Source: Candidatus Limadaptatus stercorigallinarum
GTDB lineage: Bacteria > Bacillota > Clostridia > Christensenellales > CAG-917
DNA length: 44,564 bases
Direction of reading: 5' to 3'
NCBI GenBank assembly: GCA_018714975.1
Contig: DVMN01000053.1
Location: 1-44,564, forward strand
Shown here: positions 1 through 6,476 of the stretch, piece by piece
Layout: the number at the start of each line of letters is the position of its first letter
How positions within the stretch are numbered: the first letter of the stretch is position 1
Notes under the pieces: model-generated
The model's input: the letters and a program-made list of their open reading frames with translations, nothing else
Databases searched by the model: none
What the model was told of the DNA's origin: nothing
Translations under genes and position numbers: made by a program

Positions 1-21
1 GAGCTTTTTGAAGTCAGCCAT
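1..21 (-). CDS. 5' end of an unidentified gene running off the left edge (MADFKKL...)
   Basis: ATG at 21-19 has AAGGAG (29-34) 7 nt upstream and a sigma-70-like promoter further up. Only 7 codons are visible, so the product is unknown. Confidence 0.3.
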
Positions 22-52
22 AGTACGTCTCCTTTTTTTCTAGAATGGTTAA

Positions 53-81
53 ATTGTAACATAATCCGTTTCACGTTTCAA
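53..81 (-). promoter_or_regulatory. sigma-70-like promoter TTGAAA-N17-TACAAT for the left-edge gene
   Basis: Read on the minus strand, TTGAAA is at 81-76, the spacer is 17 nt, and TACAAT is at 58-53. It sits about 30 nt upstream of the ATG at 21. Confidence 0.4.
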
Positions 82-163
82 TACTCTTTCATCATCTTTC
101 ACGATATTTTAACAAATGTCGTTTATTTTCCGCACCTCAACCGTCAGAACAAATCCGTCCTCG

Positions 164-193
164 CACAAAAAAACGAACGGCGGTTTCCCGCCG
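164..193 (-). terminator. intrinsic terminator closing the lipoprotein cluster
   Basis: The minus-strand RNA reads CGGCGG-GAAA-CCGCCG (178-193) followed by UUCGUUUUUUU (A-run 165-173 on plus). It lies downstream of the 366..995 gene. Confidence 0.6.
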
Positions 194-291
194 CCGCCCG
201 TCACATTTAATGGTTTATCGCACCGTTTTATCCCATATAACCGTACAATCTGCTTCCATCCGTGCAGCAATTCACCTCCCCTTAATCCTTC

Positions 292-336
292 CTGCAAAGA
301 CGGCAAACGACGCCCCGTCATTTCCTGTCTTTGCAG
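292..336 (-). repeat. copy 1 of a conserved hairpin module (CTGCAAAGAC-N25-GTCTTTGCAG)
   Basis: A 10-bp inverted repeat with a 25-nt loop. The same module occurs at 1783-1827, and a truncated copy at 2694-2717. Flanking sequence 269-320 matches 2673-2717. Confidence 0.8.
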
Positions 337-365
337 CACGAATTCTTTATACTTAATGTTTCCCC

Positions 366-995
366 TCACCAAAACATTGAATATCTGATTAAGATTTTGA
401 ACTCGTTTGTGGTTTCTGTCGGATTTGGCTCATCCACGGTTACATCGACCCACACCTTGAAATAAGACGACGGGTCGGATCCTATCAGATCGTGGATGTC
501 AACTTCCTCCTCATAATCAAACAACAATGTATCTATGGCGTCTTCATCGAACTCCCACTTTATTGCCACATATGCAAATGCCGCCATCTTTTTAGTGATT
601 ATCAACTCAGAAGCGGTCTTCCCCAATGTTCCCGAGAATTCTGTTTCGTTTCTTCTGACGGTGATGGTTTCTCCTAGTTGCAAAAGCGCAGCGCGGGCTT
701 TCAACAGCATTTCGTTGTATATGCCACCGTAGTCGCCGTCTCGATAACCGACTATATTGTCATAGCTGGTTTTGAAACCATCTTCTTGCAAATACGAATT
801 GTAGTCCCAACTTTCTTTGTAAGTTTCCCCATCTTTCTCATAAACGGTAATGCTTACAAATTGATAATCTGTCAGGTATTTGTACAACTCGTATTTTTCA
901 AAATCGTCCGGCTCCTTGTCGCACGCGGCAAGAGAGAAGGCGCACACGGAAAGTACGAGCACCAGCACAAGCAATATCGCAAATTTTCTTTTCAT
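366..995 (-). CDS. lipoprotein, paralog 1 of a local three-member family
   Basis: The 209-aa ORF begins MKRKFAILLVLVLVLSVCAFSLAAC (signal peptide plus lipobox LAAC). GGGAGA SD precedes the ATG. It shares the motif LGETITVRRNETEFSGTLG with paralogs 2 and 3. Confidence 0.85.
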   Translation of the reverse strand: MKRKFAILLVLVLVLSVCAFSLAACDKEPDDFEKYELYKYLTDYQFVSITVYEKDGETYKESWDYNSYLQEDGFKTSYDNIVGYRDGDYGGIYNEMLLKARAALLQLGETITVRRNETEFSGTLGKTASELIITKKMAAFAYVAIKWEFDEDAIDTLLFDYEEEVDIHDLIGSDPSSYFKVWVDVTVDEPNPTETTNEFKILIRYSMFW

Positions 996-1051
996 AATTC
1001 GTCTCCCTATACGTGTATTTGTATCGTCTGTTGTCTGTCGCCCTAACCGCT

Positions 1052-1705
1052 TTAATCACTCCATCCGTCAAACTCCCCGGAATATTCGTCTCCGAGTTCG
1101 TAATGACCGAGATAAGTTACAGTCAAGCGATATTCTACATCCTGAATAATTGTGGTATATTCGAAAAACACCAGAACATTGTTTCGGTCCGCATCGCTGC
1201 TCGTCGGTCCGTCGCACTGCAATTTGAGCAATGATGATTCTTTAAGGTCAAATATGATTTCTTCCTTTTGCTGTGTTGTAGGTTTCAAATGCAAATAAGA
1301 ACCCGACAAACTTCTGGGCAGAATCTCCGACTCCATCCTGCCAAGACTACCCGTGAATGTTATGGAATCTTGTGCAATCGTAACCTGCGAACCTACTACT
1401 TGCAGGAATTTTTGCATAGCCAAAAACAACCCCGATTCGCCATCGTAATTTAAAATTGCGTCCGCGCTGTCAAGTTCATCGCTCCCGATAGTAATACTTC
1501 CAGTATCAGCACCCACAATTTCTAACTCTCCCACTGTATACCAGTAATCGAAAGTCGTCAGGTATCTGTCCGCACGAGCTTCTTTATACATATCCAAATC
1601 TTCCGGCTTGATTCTGTTTTCCTCCTCATCGCACGCGGCAAGTGAGAACGCGCACGCGGAAAGAACGAGCACCAGCACAAACAATATTGCAAATTTTCTT
1701 TTCAT
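1052..1705 (-). CDS. lipoprotein, paralog 2
   Basis: The 217-aa ORF begins MKRKFAILFVLVLVLSACAFSLAAC, with AAGGAGG SD upstream. The core motif is VGSQVTIAQDSITFTGSLG. Confidence 0.85.
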   Translation of the reverse strand: MKRKFAILFVLVLVLSACAFSLAACDEEENRIKPEDLDMYKEARADRYLTTFDYWYTVGELEIVGADTGSITIGSDELDSADAILNYDGESGLFLAMQKFLQVVGSQVTIAQDSITFTGSLGRMESEILPRSLSGSYLHLKPTTQQKEEIIFDLKESSLLKLQCDGPTSSDADRNNVLVFFEYTTIIQDVEYRLTVTYLGHYELGDEYSGEFDGWSD

Positions 1706-1755
1706 AATTCACCTCCTTGAATTTCGTTTGATTCGGTCTGTTCTCGTTTTTGCAT
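1702..1755 (-). CDS. candidate 17-codon upstream ORF (MQKREQTESNEIQGGEL) coupled to paralog 2
   Basis: GGGAGGTG SD lies 9 nt before the ATG at 1755. The TGA stop (1704-1702) overlaps the lipoprotein ATG (1705-1703) as ATGA. The same ORF precedes paralog 3. Confidence 0.35.
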   Translation of the reverse strand: MQKREQTESNEIQGGEL

Positions 1756-1782
1756 CGGGTATCACCTCCCGTTCCGTCTCTT

Positions 1783-1827
1783 CTGTAAAGACGGCAAACG
1801 ACGCCCCGTCATTTCCTGTCTTTACAG
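1783..1827 (-). repeat. copy 2 of the conserved hairpin module (CTGTAAAGAC-N25-GTCTTTACAG)
   Basis: Same module as 292-336. A C-to-T change in the left arm is matched by G-to-A in the right arm, which preserves pairing. Confidence 0.8.
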
Positions 1828-1977
1828 CTTAAATTCAACAGCATTCTCGTCCTCTTCTGCCTGTGCTATGCCTTCCTCCGCCAGCAGGCTGAACGGAATG
1901 ACGCACATCAGTAGTGCTATGCAAACCAAAAGTGCAATTTGTATCGCTTTTGTGCTTAATTTCATTTCTTTTCTCAT
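1822..1977 (-). CDS. small signal-peptide or single-pass membrane protein, 51 aa (below the ORF-track cut-off)
   Basis: Manual translation gives MRKEMKLSTKAIQIALLVCIALLMCVIPFSLLAEEGIAQAEEDENAVEFKL. AAGGGGAG SD lies about 7 nt before the ATG at 1977. It has a basic N-terminus, a hydrophobic core and an acidic tail. It starts 39 nt downstream of paralog 3. Confidence 0.45.
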   Translation of the reverse strand: MRKEMKLSTKAIQIALLVCIALLMCVIPFSLLAEEGIAQAEEDENAVEFKL

Positions 1978-2016
1978 ATTGTTTCTCCCCTTAATTTCAT
2001 TTGTCCGTCGGAATGT

Positions 2017-2616
2017 TCAGTTTGAACGGCAATCGCATTCGGCACAGTATACGATTTCAAAACGGCACATTCTGCCATCAATTTCCTTTCTGTGCCAAAG
2101 CGTTAAACTTATAATATCCAATGTAGGATGATTTTGCGGCGTTATGTTATGATATATATATATCATCTCATAGCCAAACGGAATTTCACTCTCTTGTTCC
2201 GTCGCCGGCTGCAATTCCAAATATGCTTCGCCATCACCCAAAGGCATTAAATCGGACGGCATTTCTCCCAATTCTCCGCTGAAATCCGTTTCTTCCATTC
2301 CGACGCGTATCTGTCCGCCCACCGTTTCGATAAACGAACGCATTTCCAAAGCATATGGGTCATCTCCTACATAATGCTGGATATAATATAAGTCCTCCAA
2401 ATCATATCTTGGCATCATGTCCTGCCAGGCTTCTTCTCCTTCGTTCCATTCATCGATACGCACGTAAGAATACTCATATTCAGCTATCAAGCGGTCTATC
2501 CCGTACAACGCGAAACGGTCCACTTCTTCCGGCTCCTCATCACACGCGGCAAGTGAGAACGCGCACACGGAAAGTGTGAGCACCAGCACAAGCAATATTG
2601 CAAACTTCTTTTTCAT
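2017..2616 (-). CDS. lipoprotein, paralog 3
   Basis: The 199-aa ORF begins MKKKFAILLVLVLTLSVCAFSLAAC, with AAGGAGG SD upstream. The core motif is VGGQIRVGMEETDFSGELG. Confidence 0.85.
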   Translation of the reverse strand: MKKKFAILLVLVLTLSVCAFSLAACDEEPEEVDRFALYGIDRLIAEYEYSYVRIDEWNEGEEAWQDMMPRYDLEDLYYIQHYVGDDPYALEMRSFIETVGGQIRVGMEETDFSGELGEMPSDLMPLGDGEAYLELQPATEQESEIPFGYEMIYIYHNITPQNHPTLDIISLTLWHRKEIDGRMCRFEIVYCAECDCRSN

Positions 2617-2666
2617 AATTCACCTCCTTGAATTTTGTTTGATTCGGTCTGTTCTCGGTTTTGCAT
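2613..2666 (-). CDS. candidate 17-codon upstream ORF (MQNREQTESNKIQGGEL) coupled to paralog 3
   Basis: GGGGGAGGTG SD lies 9 nt before the ATG at 2666. The TGA stop overlaps the lipoprotein ATG (ATGA). It differs from the 1702-1755 copy at only 2 nt. Confidence 0.35.
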   Translation of the reverse strand: MQNREQTESNKIQGGEL

Positions 2667-2693
2667 CGGATATCACCTCCCCCTTAATCCTTC

Positions 2694-2717
2694 CTGCAAA
2701 GACGGCAAACGACGGCC
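2694..2717 (-). repeat. truncated copy 3 of the hairpin module (left arm and loop only)
   Basis: CTGCAAAGACGGCAAACGACGGCC matches copies 1 and 2, then similarity ends. There is no right arm. Confidence 0.7.
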
Positions 2718-2773
2718 ATATTAGCTATATTTAACAAACGAACAATTTCGACAACATATTGCTCTTTATAATT

Positions 2774-2802
2774 ATATTACTACTTTGTCGGTCGCATTGC
2801 AA
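2774..2802 (-). promoter_or_regulatory. sigma-70-like promoter TTGCAA-N17-TAATAT(AAT) for the lipoprotein cluster
   Basis: On the minus strand, TTGCAA is at 2802-2797, the spacer is 17 nt, and TAATAT is at 2779-2774. It overlaps the 12-mer AGTAATATAATT. Confidence 0.4.
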
Positions 2803-2821
2803 TAGCAAATCGAATTTCGCT

Positions 2822-2950
2822 CAGACTCTCGGGGACGGAGCAAAACAGTCCGAGAGCTTATTGTTGATATTAGGATTTCTACCGTTGGGAAGGAATTTAT
2901 GAACATTGCGCCACAATTTCGGACTGTTTTGCTCCGTCCCCGAGAGTCTG
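2822..2950. repeat. perfect 32-bp inverted repeat flanking a 65-bp AT-richer core
   Basis: CAGACTCTCGGGGACGGAGCAAAACAGTCCGA (2822-2853) is the exact reverse complement of 2919-2950. I checked this base by base. Confidence 0.9.
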
Positions 2951-2953
2951 TAC

Positions 2954-2977
2954 AAAAAAACCCCGCGGATGCAGGGC
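2954..2977 (-). terminator. weak intrinsic terminator after mgsA
   Basis: The minus-strand RNA has a short GC stem (CCCUG/CGGGG) followed by UUUUUUU (A-run 2954-2960 on plus). Confidence 0.4.
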
Positions 2978-3007
2978 GGACGGTGCGTTGGGCACACGGT
3001 GCGGGCG

Positions 3008-3385
3008 TCAGATGAGCGTCGAGTGTATGACGTAATCCGCAGTGGCTTTGTTGGTGGCGATGGGGATGTCGTAGACCACCGCAATGCGCAGCAGCGCTTT
3101 GACGTCGGGGTCGTGCGGCTGGGCTTGGAGAGGGTCCCAGAAGAAAATCACGAGGTCAATCTGTCCTTCCGCGATTTTCGCGCCTATCTGCTGGTCGCCG
3201 CCGAGCGGGCCGGACAGATATCTTTCCACATCGAGGTTGGTCGCTTCCGCGACGAGTTTCGCCGTAGTACCCGTGCCGCACAGTTCGAAGCGGGCGAGGG
3301 TTTCGCGGTTCTTCATAGCCCAGCTCACCATTTCGGCTTTTTTATTGTCGTGCGCGATGAGCGCTATTCTTCTGACTTTATTCAT
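3008..3385 (-). CDS. mgsA: methylglyoxal synthase
   Basis: [30 protein letters not shown]...[13 protein letters not shown]...[17 protein letters not shown] is the MgsA signature. The start is placed at the internal ATG at 3385, which has a GGGAGA SD. The longer track ORF start has no SD. Confidence 0.9.
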   Translation of the reverse strand: MNKVRRIALIAHDNKKAEMVSWAMKNRETLARFELCGTGTTAKLVAEATNLDVERYLSGPLGGDQQIGAKIAEGQIDLVIFFWDPLQAQPHDPDVKALLRIAVVYDIPIATNKATADYVIHSTLI

Positions 3386-3409
3386 TTCGGTATCTCCCTG
3401 TGTGCAAAG

Positions 3410-3438
3410 ATTATAACACATTCCGCCGAGCATATCAA
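3410..3438 (-). promoter_or_regulatory. promoter TTGATA-N17-TATAAT (TGT-extended -10) for mgsA
   Basis: On the minus strand, TTGATA is at 3438-3433, the spacer is 17 nt, and TATAAT is at 3415-3410 preceded by TGT. Confidence 0.5.
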
Positions 3439-3561
3439 GCGCAACTCCGCGGCGTTCTCTTTTTCCGCAGCGGACGGAAGCGGACAAGCCGCTTGAAAAC
3501 AAAAAACGGGCTTTAACCTGTCAAAATGATTGCAAGAACGCCTCGTCTGCGACACAGGCGG

Positions 3562-4245
3562 TCACTCTTTCCTTTCGTCTTCCGCCTTTTCCGCAGGACT
3601 CGCCTTTGTTCTGCCCCGCCTGCGCAGATATATCACCCGCGCGGTGTAGGCGGCTGCGGGGATGTAGTAAAACGGAATGAGCAGAAACGCGAGCCACGCC
3701 GCGCTTGCTCCTCCGCCGCTCGTATAATGCACGACGAGATAAACCGCTCCCGAAATGAACGGCACAAGCACGAAATATGCCCGCCATTCCGAGGGTATGT
3801 AATGCGAAAAGACCGCCAGCACCGCAAGAGGCGGCACGACGGGCAGGGTGAACCAAACAATCCAGATATTCGGCAGCACGCTCATACACGCGCTGTGGAC
3901 TATGCCGCACAACAGCCCCCACACCCCGACGGAAAACAGGAAAACCGTCGCCATTCTGACGAGCAGTCTTTTTCTTCTGCTTTTCCTGAACGCCTCGGTG
4001 TCGACCGCCGCCGTCGTTTCCTCCCCGACGGCTTCTCCGCCGCGCTTTCCCAGCACGAGCTCGTCAAGAGTTACGCCGTAAAGTTCCGCCAGCGCGACGA
4101 GGAGTTCGAGGTCGGGGACGGACTCCCCCCTCTCCCATTTGCTCACCGCCTGACGGGTCACGAAAACTTTTTCCGCCAGCTGTTCCTGCGTAAGTCCGAG
4201 CGACTTTCTGTAAGCCAGCAGCCGCTCTCCCATTTTTTCGTCCAC
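3562..4245 (-). CDS. membrane-anchored XRE-family HTH transcriptional regulator
   Basis: The N-terminus LGLTQEQLAEKVFVTRQAVSKWERGESVPDLELLVALAELYGVTLDELV is an HTH_3/XRE domain. The C-terminal half has about 4 hydrophobic helices. The start is GTG, 6 nt after GGAGG. Confidence 0.8.
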   Translation of the reverse strand: MDEKMGERLLAYRKSLGLTQEQLAEKVFVTRQAVSKWERGESVPDLELLVALAELYGVTLDELVLGKRGGEAVGEETTAAVDTEAFRKSRRKRLLVRMATVFLFSVGVWGLLCGIVHSACMSVLPNIWIVWFTLPVVPPLAVLAVFSHYIPSEWRAYFVLVPFISGAVYLVVHYTSGGGASAAWLAFLLIPFYYIPAAAYTARVIYLRRRGRTKASPAEKAEDERKE

Positions 4246-4268
4246 GACGCACCTCCGATTGCAAAAAA

Positions 4269-4297
4269 ATTATATTACTTTCCGCATTTTTTGTCCA
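4269..4297 (-). promoter_or_regulatory. promoter TGGACA-N17-TATAAT for the XRE-TM regulator
   Basis: On the minus strand, TGGACA is at 4297-4292, the spacer is 17 nt, and TATAAT is at 4274-4269. It lies inside the shared 12-mer AGTAATATAATT. Confidence 0.4.
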
Positions 4298-4424
4298 TAC
4301 GCGACGGCGGGAAACGCCGCGCAACCGCGGGTTGCGGACGCATTCGGCAATGCAACCGCGCCTTTCTTGCCTCCGCCGCCCCGTCGGGCGACAATGAAAC
4401 CGAAGAAAAAAACGGAGGTCCGAT

Positions 4425-4700
4425 ATGTATAAGAACATCAACGTGCTCAACAAAATAATGCTCTCCGCGAGCGTGGTATGCCTGTGCGTGGCGGTATATC
4501 TCGCCTGCGGGTTCGGCACCGGCGCTTTCGTGAAATGTCTGCCCCTCCTTGCCGCGCCCGTATTCCTGTGCGCACTCATAGCTATATACACGCCGCCCGT
4601 CAAGACGCGCACCGCGGTGATAGCCTCCGCCCTGTGCGCCGCGGCAGCCGTAGCAATCATCATAGCGGTCGCGGTCAACTTCTTCCCCGCCGCCGTGTGA
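4425..4700 (+). CDS. small hydrophobic membrane protein (91 aa), function unknown
   Basis: GGAGG lies 7 nt before the ATG. Three hydrophobic segments are predicted. It is divergently placed from the XRE-TM regulator. Confidence 0.55.
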   Translation: MYKNINVLNKIMLSASVVCLCVAVYLACGFGTGAFVKCLPLLAAPVFLCALIAIYTPPVKTRTAVIASALCAAAAVAIIIAVAVNFFPAAV

Positions 4701-4771
4701 CGCGGTGCGGATACGGCACACCGTCGCCGTTCTTTAAGCACCTCCCCTGCAAGCCCTTACGGGCGCGCACC

Positions 4772-4800
4772 GAAAAGCCGTCGCTTGTGCGGCGGCTTTC
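4772..4800 (-). terminator. hairpin terminator downstream of the YbaK-like gene
   Basis: A 10-bp stem AAGCCGUCGC/GCGGCGGCUU with a 4-nt loop. On the minus strand it is followed by UUUUCGG. Confidence 0.5.
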
Positions 4801-4857
4801 CTTATGCAATGTTCATATGTAAAAATGATGAAATAAAACCTTTGTTCTGCAAAAATG

Positions 4858-5337
4858 TTATTCAACCGAAACGGCGGGTTTGCACACATCCGCCCAGCCG
4901 CGCGCCCGCGAAAACTCTTCCAGCTCGCGGACGGTGAGTTCGATTGCGCTGTTCGCGCTTCCGCACGCGGGGAACACCGTGTCAAAGCGTTTCAAAGACT
5001 CGTCCAGCCACACCTCGACGCCGTCGTTCACCGCAAAAGGACACACTCCGCCCACGGCGTGCCCCGTGAGGGTTTCCGCCTCTTCGCGCGACAGCATCTT
5101 CGCCTTGCCGCCGAAAAAATCCTTGTATTTGCGGTTGTCCACTTTCACGTCGCCCGCCGCGACAACGAGTATCACCCTGTCGCCCAGCATAAACGAAAGC
5201 GTCTTCGCTATCCTGCACTCCTGCGTGCCGAGTGCTTTTGCGGCGAGTTCCACCGTCGCGCTCGAAACGTCGAATTCCCGTATCCTGTCCTCCGCGCCGA
5301 ACCCCGCGAGGTAGGCGCGCACCTTGTCTATCGACAT
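4858..5337 (-). CDS. YbaK/EbsC-family aminoacyl-tRNA deacylase-like protein
   Basis: Family-typical sequence: MSIDKVRAYLAGFG...ECRIAKTLSF...VILVVAAGDVKVDNRKYK...TGHAVGGVCPFA. The start is moved to the ATG at 5337, which follows GGAGG. Confidence 0.8.
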   Translation of the reverse strand: MSIDKVRAYLAGFGAEDRIREFDVSSATVELAAKALGTQECRIAKTLSFMLGDRVILVVAAGDVKVDNRKYKDFFGGKAKMLSREEAETLTGHAVGGVCPFAVNDGVEVWLDESLKRFDTVFPACGSANSAIELTVRELEEFSRARGWADVCKPAVSVE

Positions 5338-5544
5338 AATTCCTCCGAAATCCGCCTTTGCGGACAAAACGGATTATAGCACCGCCTCCGCCTTTTTGCA
5401 ACGTCCGCGCGGCACTCGTCCGCGCACGCATAAGCATATGATAAATAAGTTTAACGCTTTAAAACCGCCTTGATTTGAGCACATCTATTGACATATCGGC
5501 GAGTTTGTCGGAAAATAAATACATCAACGATATCGGGGGAGGAT

Positions 5545-6315
5545 ATGATGCTGGAAATCGACAAAAACACCGTCGCGGAGGCGGCGGAAAACACAGAGAA
5601 CATTGCCGCCGAAACGGCTGAAACGGATATCGCGGCAGGCGCAGACATCGTGACGGATGCCGCTGGCGCAGATGCCGCGGACGATGCGGACAAAAGCAAA
5701 TTCGCCGTCGCTTTCGGCAAAGGCAAAGAGTTTATGACCCGTCACGGGCACATCTGGCAGGTCGTCAAATTCACTCTCATCAGCCTGATTGCTTTCATTG
5801 CGGAGTTTGCGTCTATGTATGCCCTCCAATACGGGCTGGAAGGCGTGCTCGGAAATCGGGAATTCCATTGGTTCATTTTCCACTACGCCGCCGGCAGAGA
5901 GGGCGCGTTCGGCACGGCGGGCTTCATCGCAATGCTGGTGTCGAAGTGCATAGCGGAAATCATTTCCTTCACCATAAACCGCAAAAAGACCTTCAAAGCC
6001 AACAATAATGTGGTGTTCAGCGCGATAATGTATGTGCTGACCGTCATCGCGCTCATACTCTTCACCACGTGGCTTGCGGGCGTGCTCGGCGACGCAATCG
6101 GACCCGCCATCGGTGCCGACGCCGGCAACACCATCAGCAAAATGCTCGGTTCGCTCATCAGCTGGGTGGTCATCTTCCTGATGGACAAATTCGTCATAAT
6201 GCGCCGCGTCGACAAAGACGAAGAGGAAAATGCCGAAACGGCAGACGCCGCGGAAGCTCTCGCCGCCGACACCTCGGCAGGCGAAACGGTGTCGGAAGTC
6301 GCGGACAAAGAGTGA
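5545..6315 (+). CDS. GtrA-family membrane protein with acidic N- and C-terminal extensions
   Basis: The core WQVVKFTLISLIAFIAEFASMYAL...INRKKTF...VVIFLMDKFVIM resembles the GtrA-like 4-TM fold. GGGGGAGG lies upstream of the ATG at 5545. Confidence 0.7.
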   Translation: MMLEIDKNTVAEAAENTENIAAETAETDIAAGADIVTDAAGADAADDADKSKFAVAFGKGKEFMTRHGHIWQVVKFTLISLIAFIAEFASMYALQYGLEGVLGNREFHWFIFHYAAGREGAFGTAGFIAMLVSKCIAEIISFTINRKKTFKANNNVVFSAIMYVLTVIALILFTTWLAGVLGDAIGPAIGADAGNTISKMLGSLISWVVIFLMDKFVIMRRVDKDEEENAETADAAEALAADTSAGETVSEVADKE

Positions 6316-6346
6316 CCGCCGCCCCACACCGAAATCTCCTATGATT

Positions 6347-6374
6347 GAAAACGCGCCTTTCAAGGCGCGTTTTT
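6347..6374. terminator. bidirectional intrinsic terminator between convergent genes
   Basis: AAAACGCGCC-TTTCAA-GGCGCGTTTT has an A-run on one side and a T-run on the other. Confidence 0.7.
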
Positions 6375-6476
6375 CTTTTCCCGTCCTCCCCTCCTCGCAC
6401 GGACATTCGGACGACTGAAAAAATCTTCGGTATTGTGAATGCACTGACGACGCCTTCCGCCGCTGCGCAGAATGCG

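Noticed and set aside
109-372. An 87-aa minus-strand ORF downstream of lipoprotein paralog 1.
   Set aside because: It overlaps the paralog 1 stop, spans the conserved hairpin module and an SD-like remnant, and runs through the terminator at 164-193 (stem 178-193). It is most likely a decayed copy of the 5' module rather than a gene.
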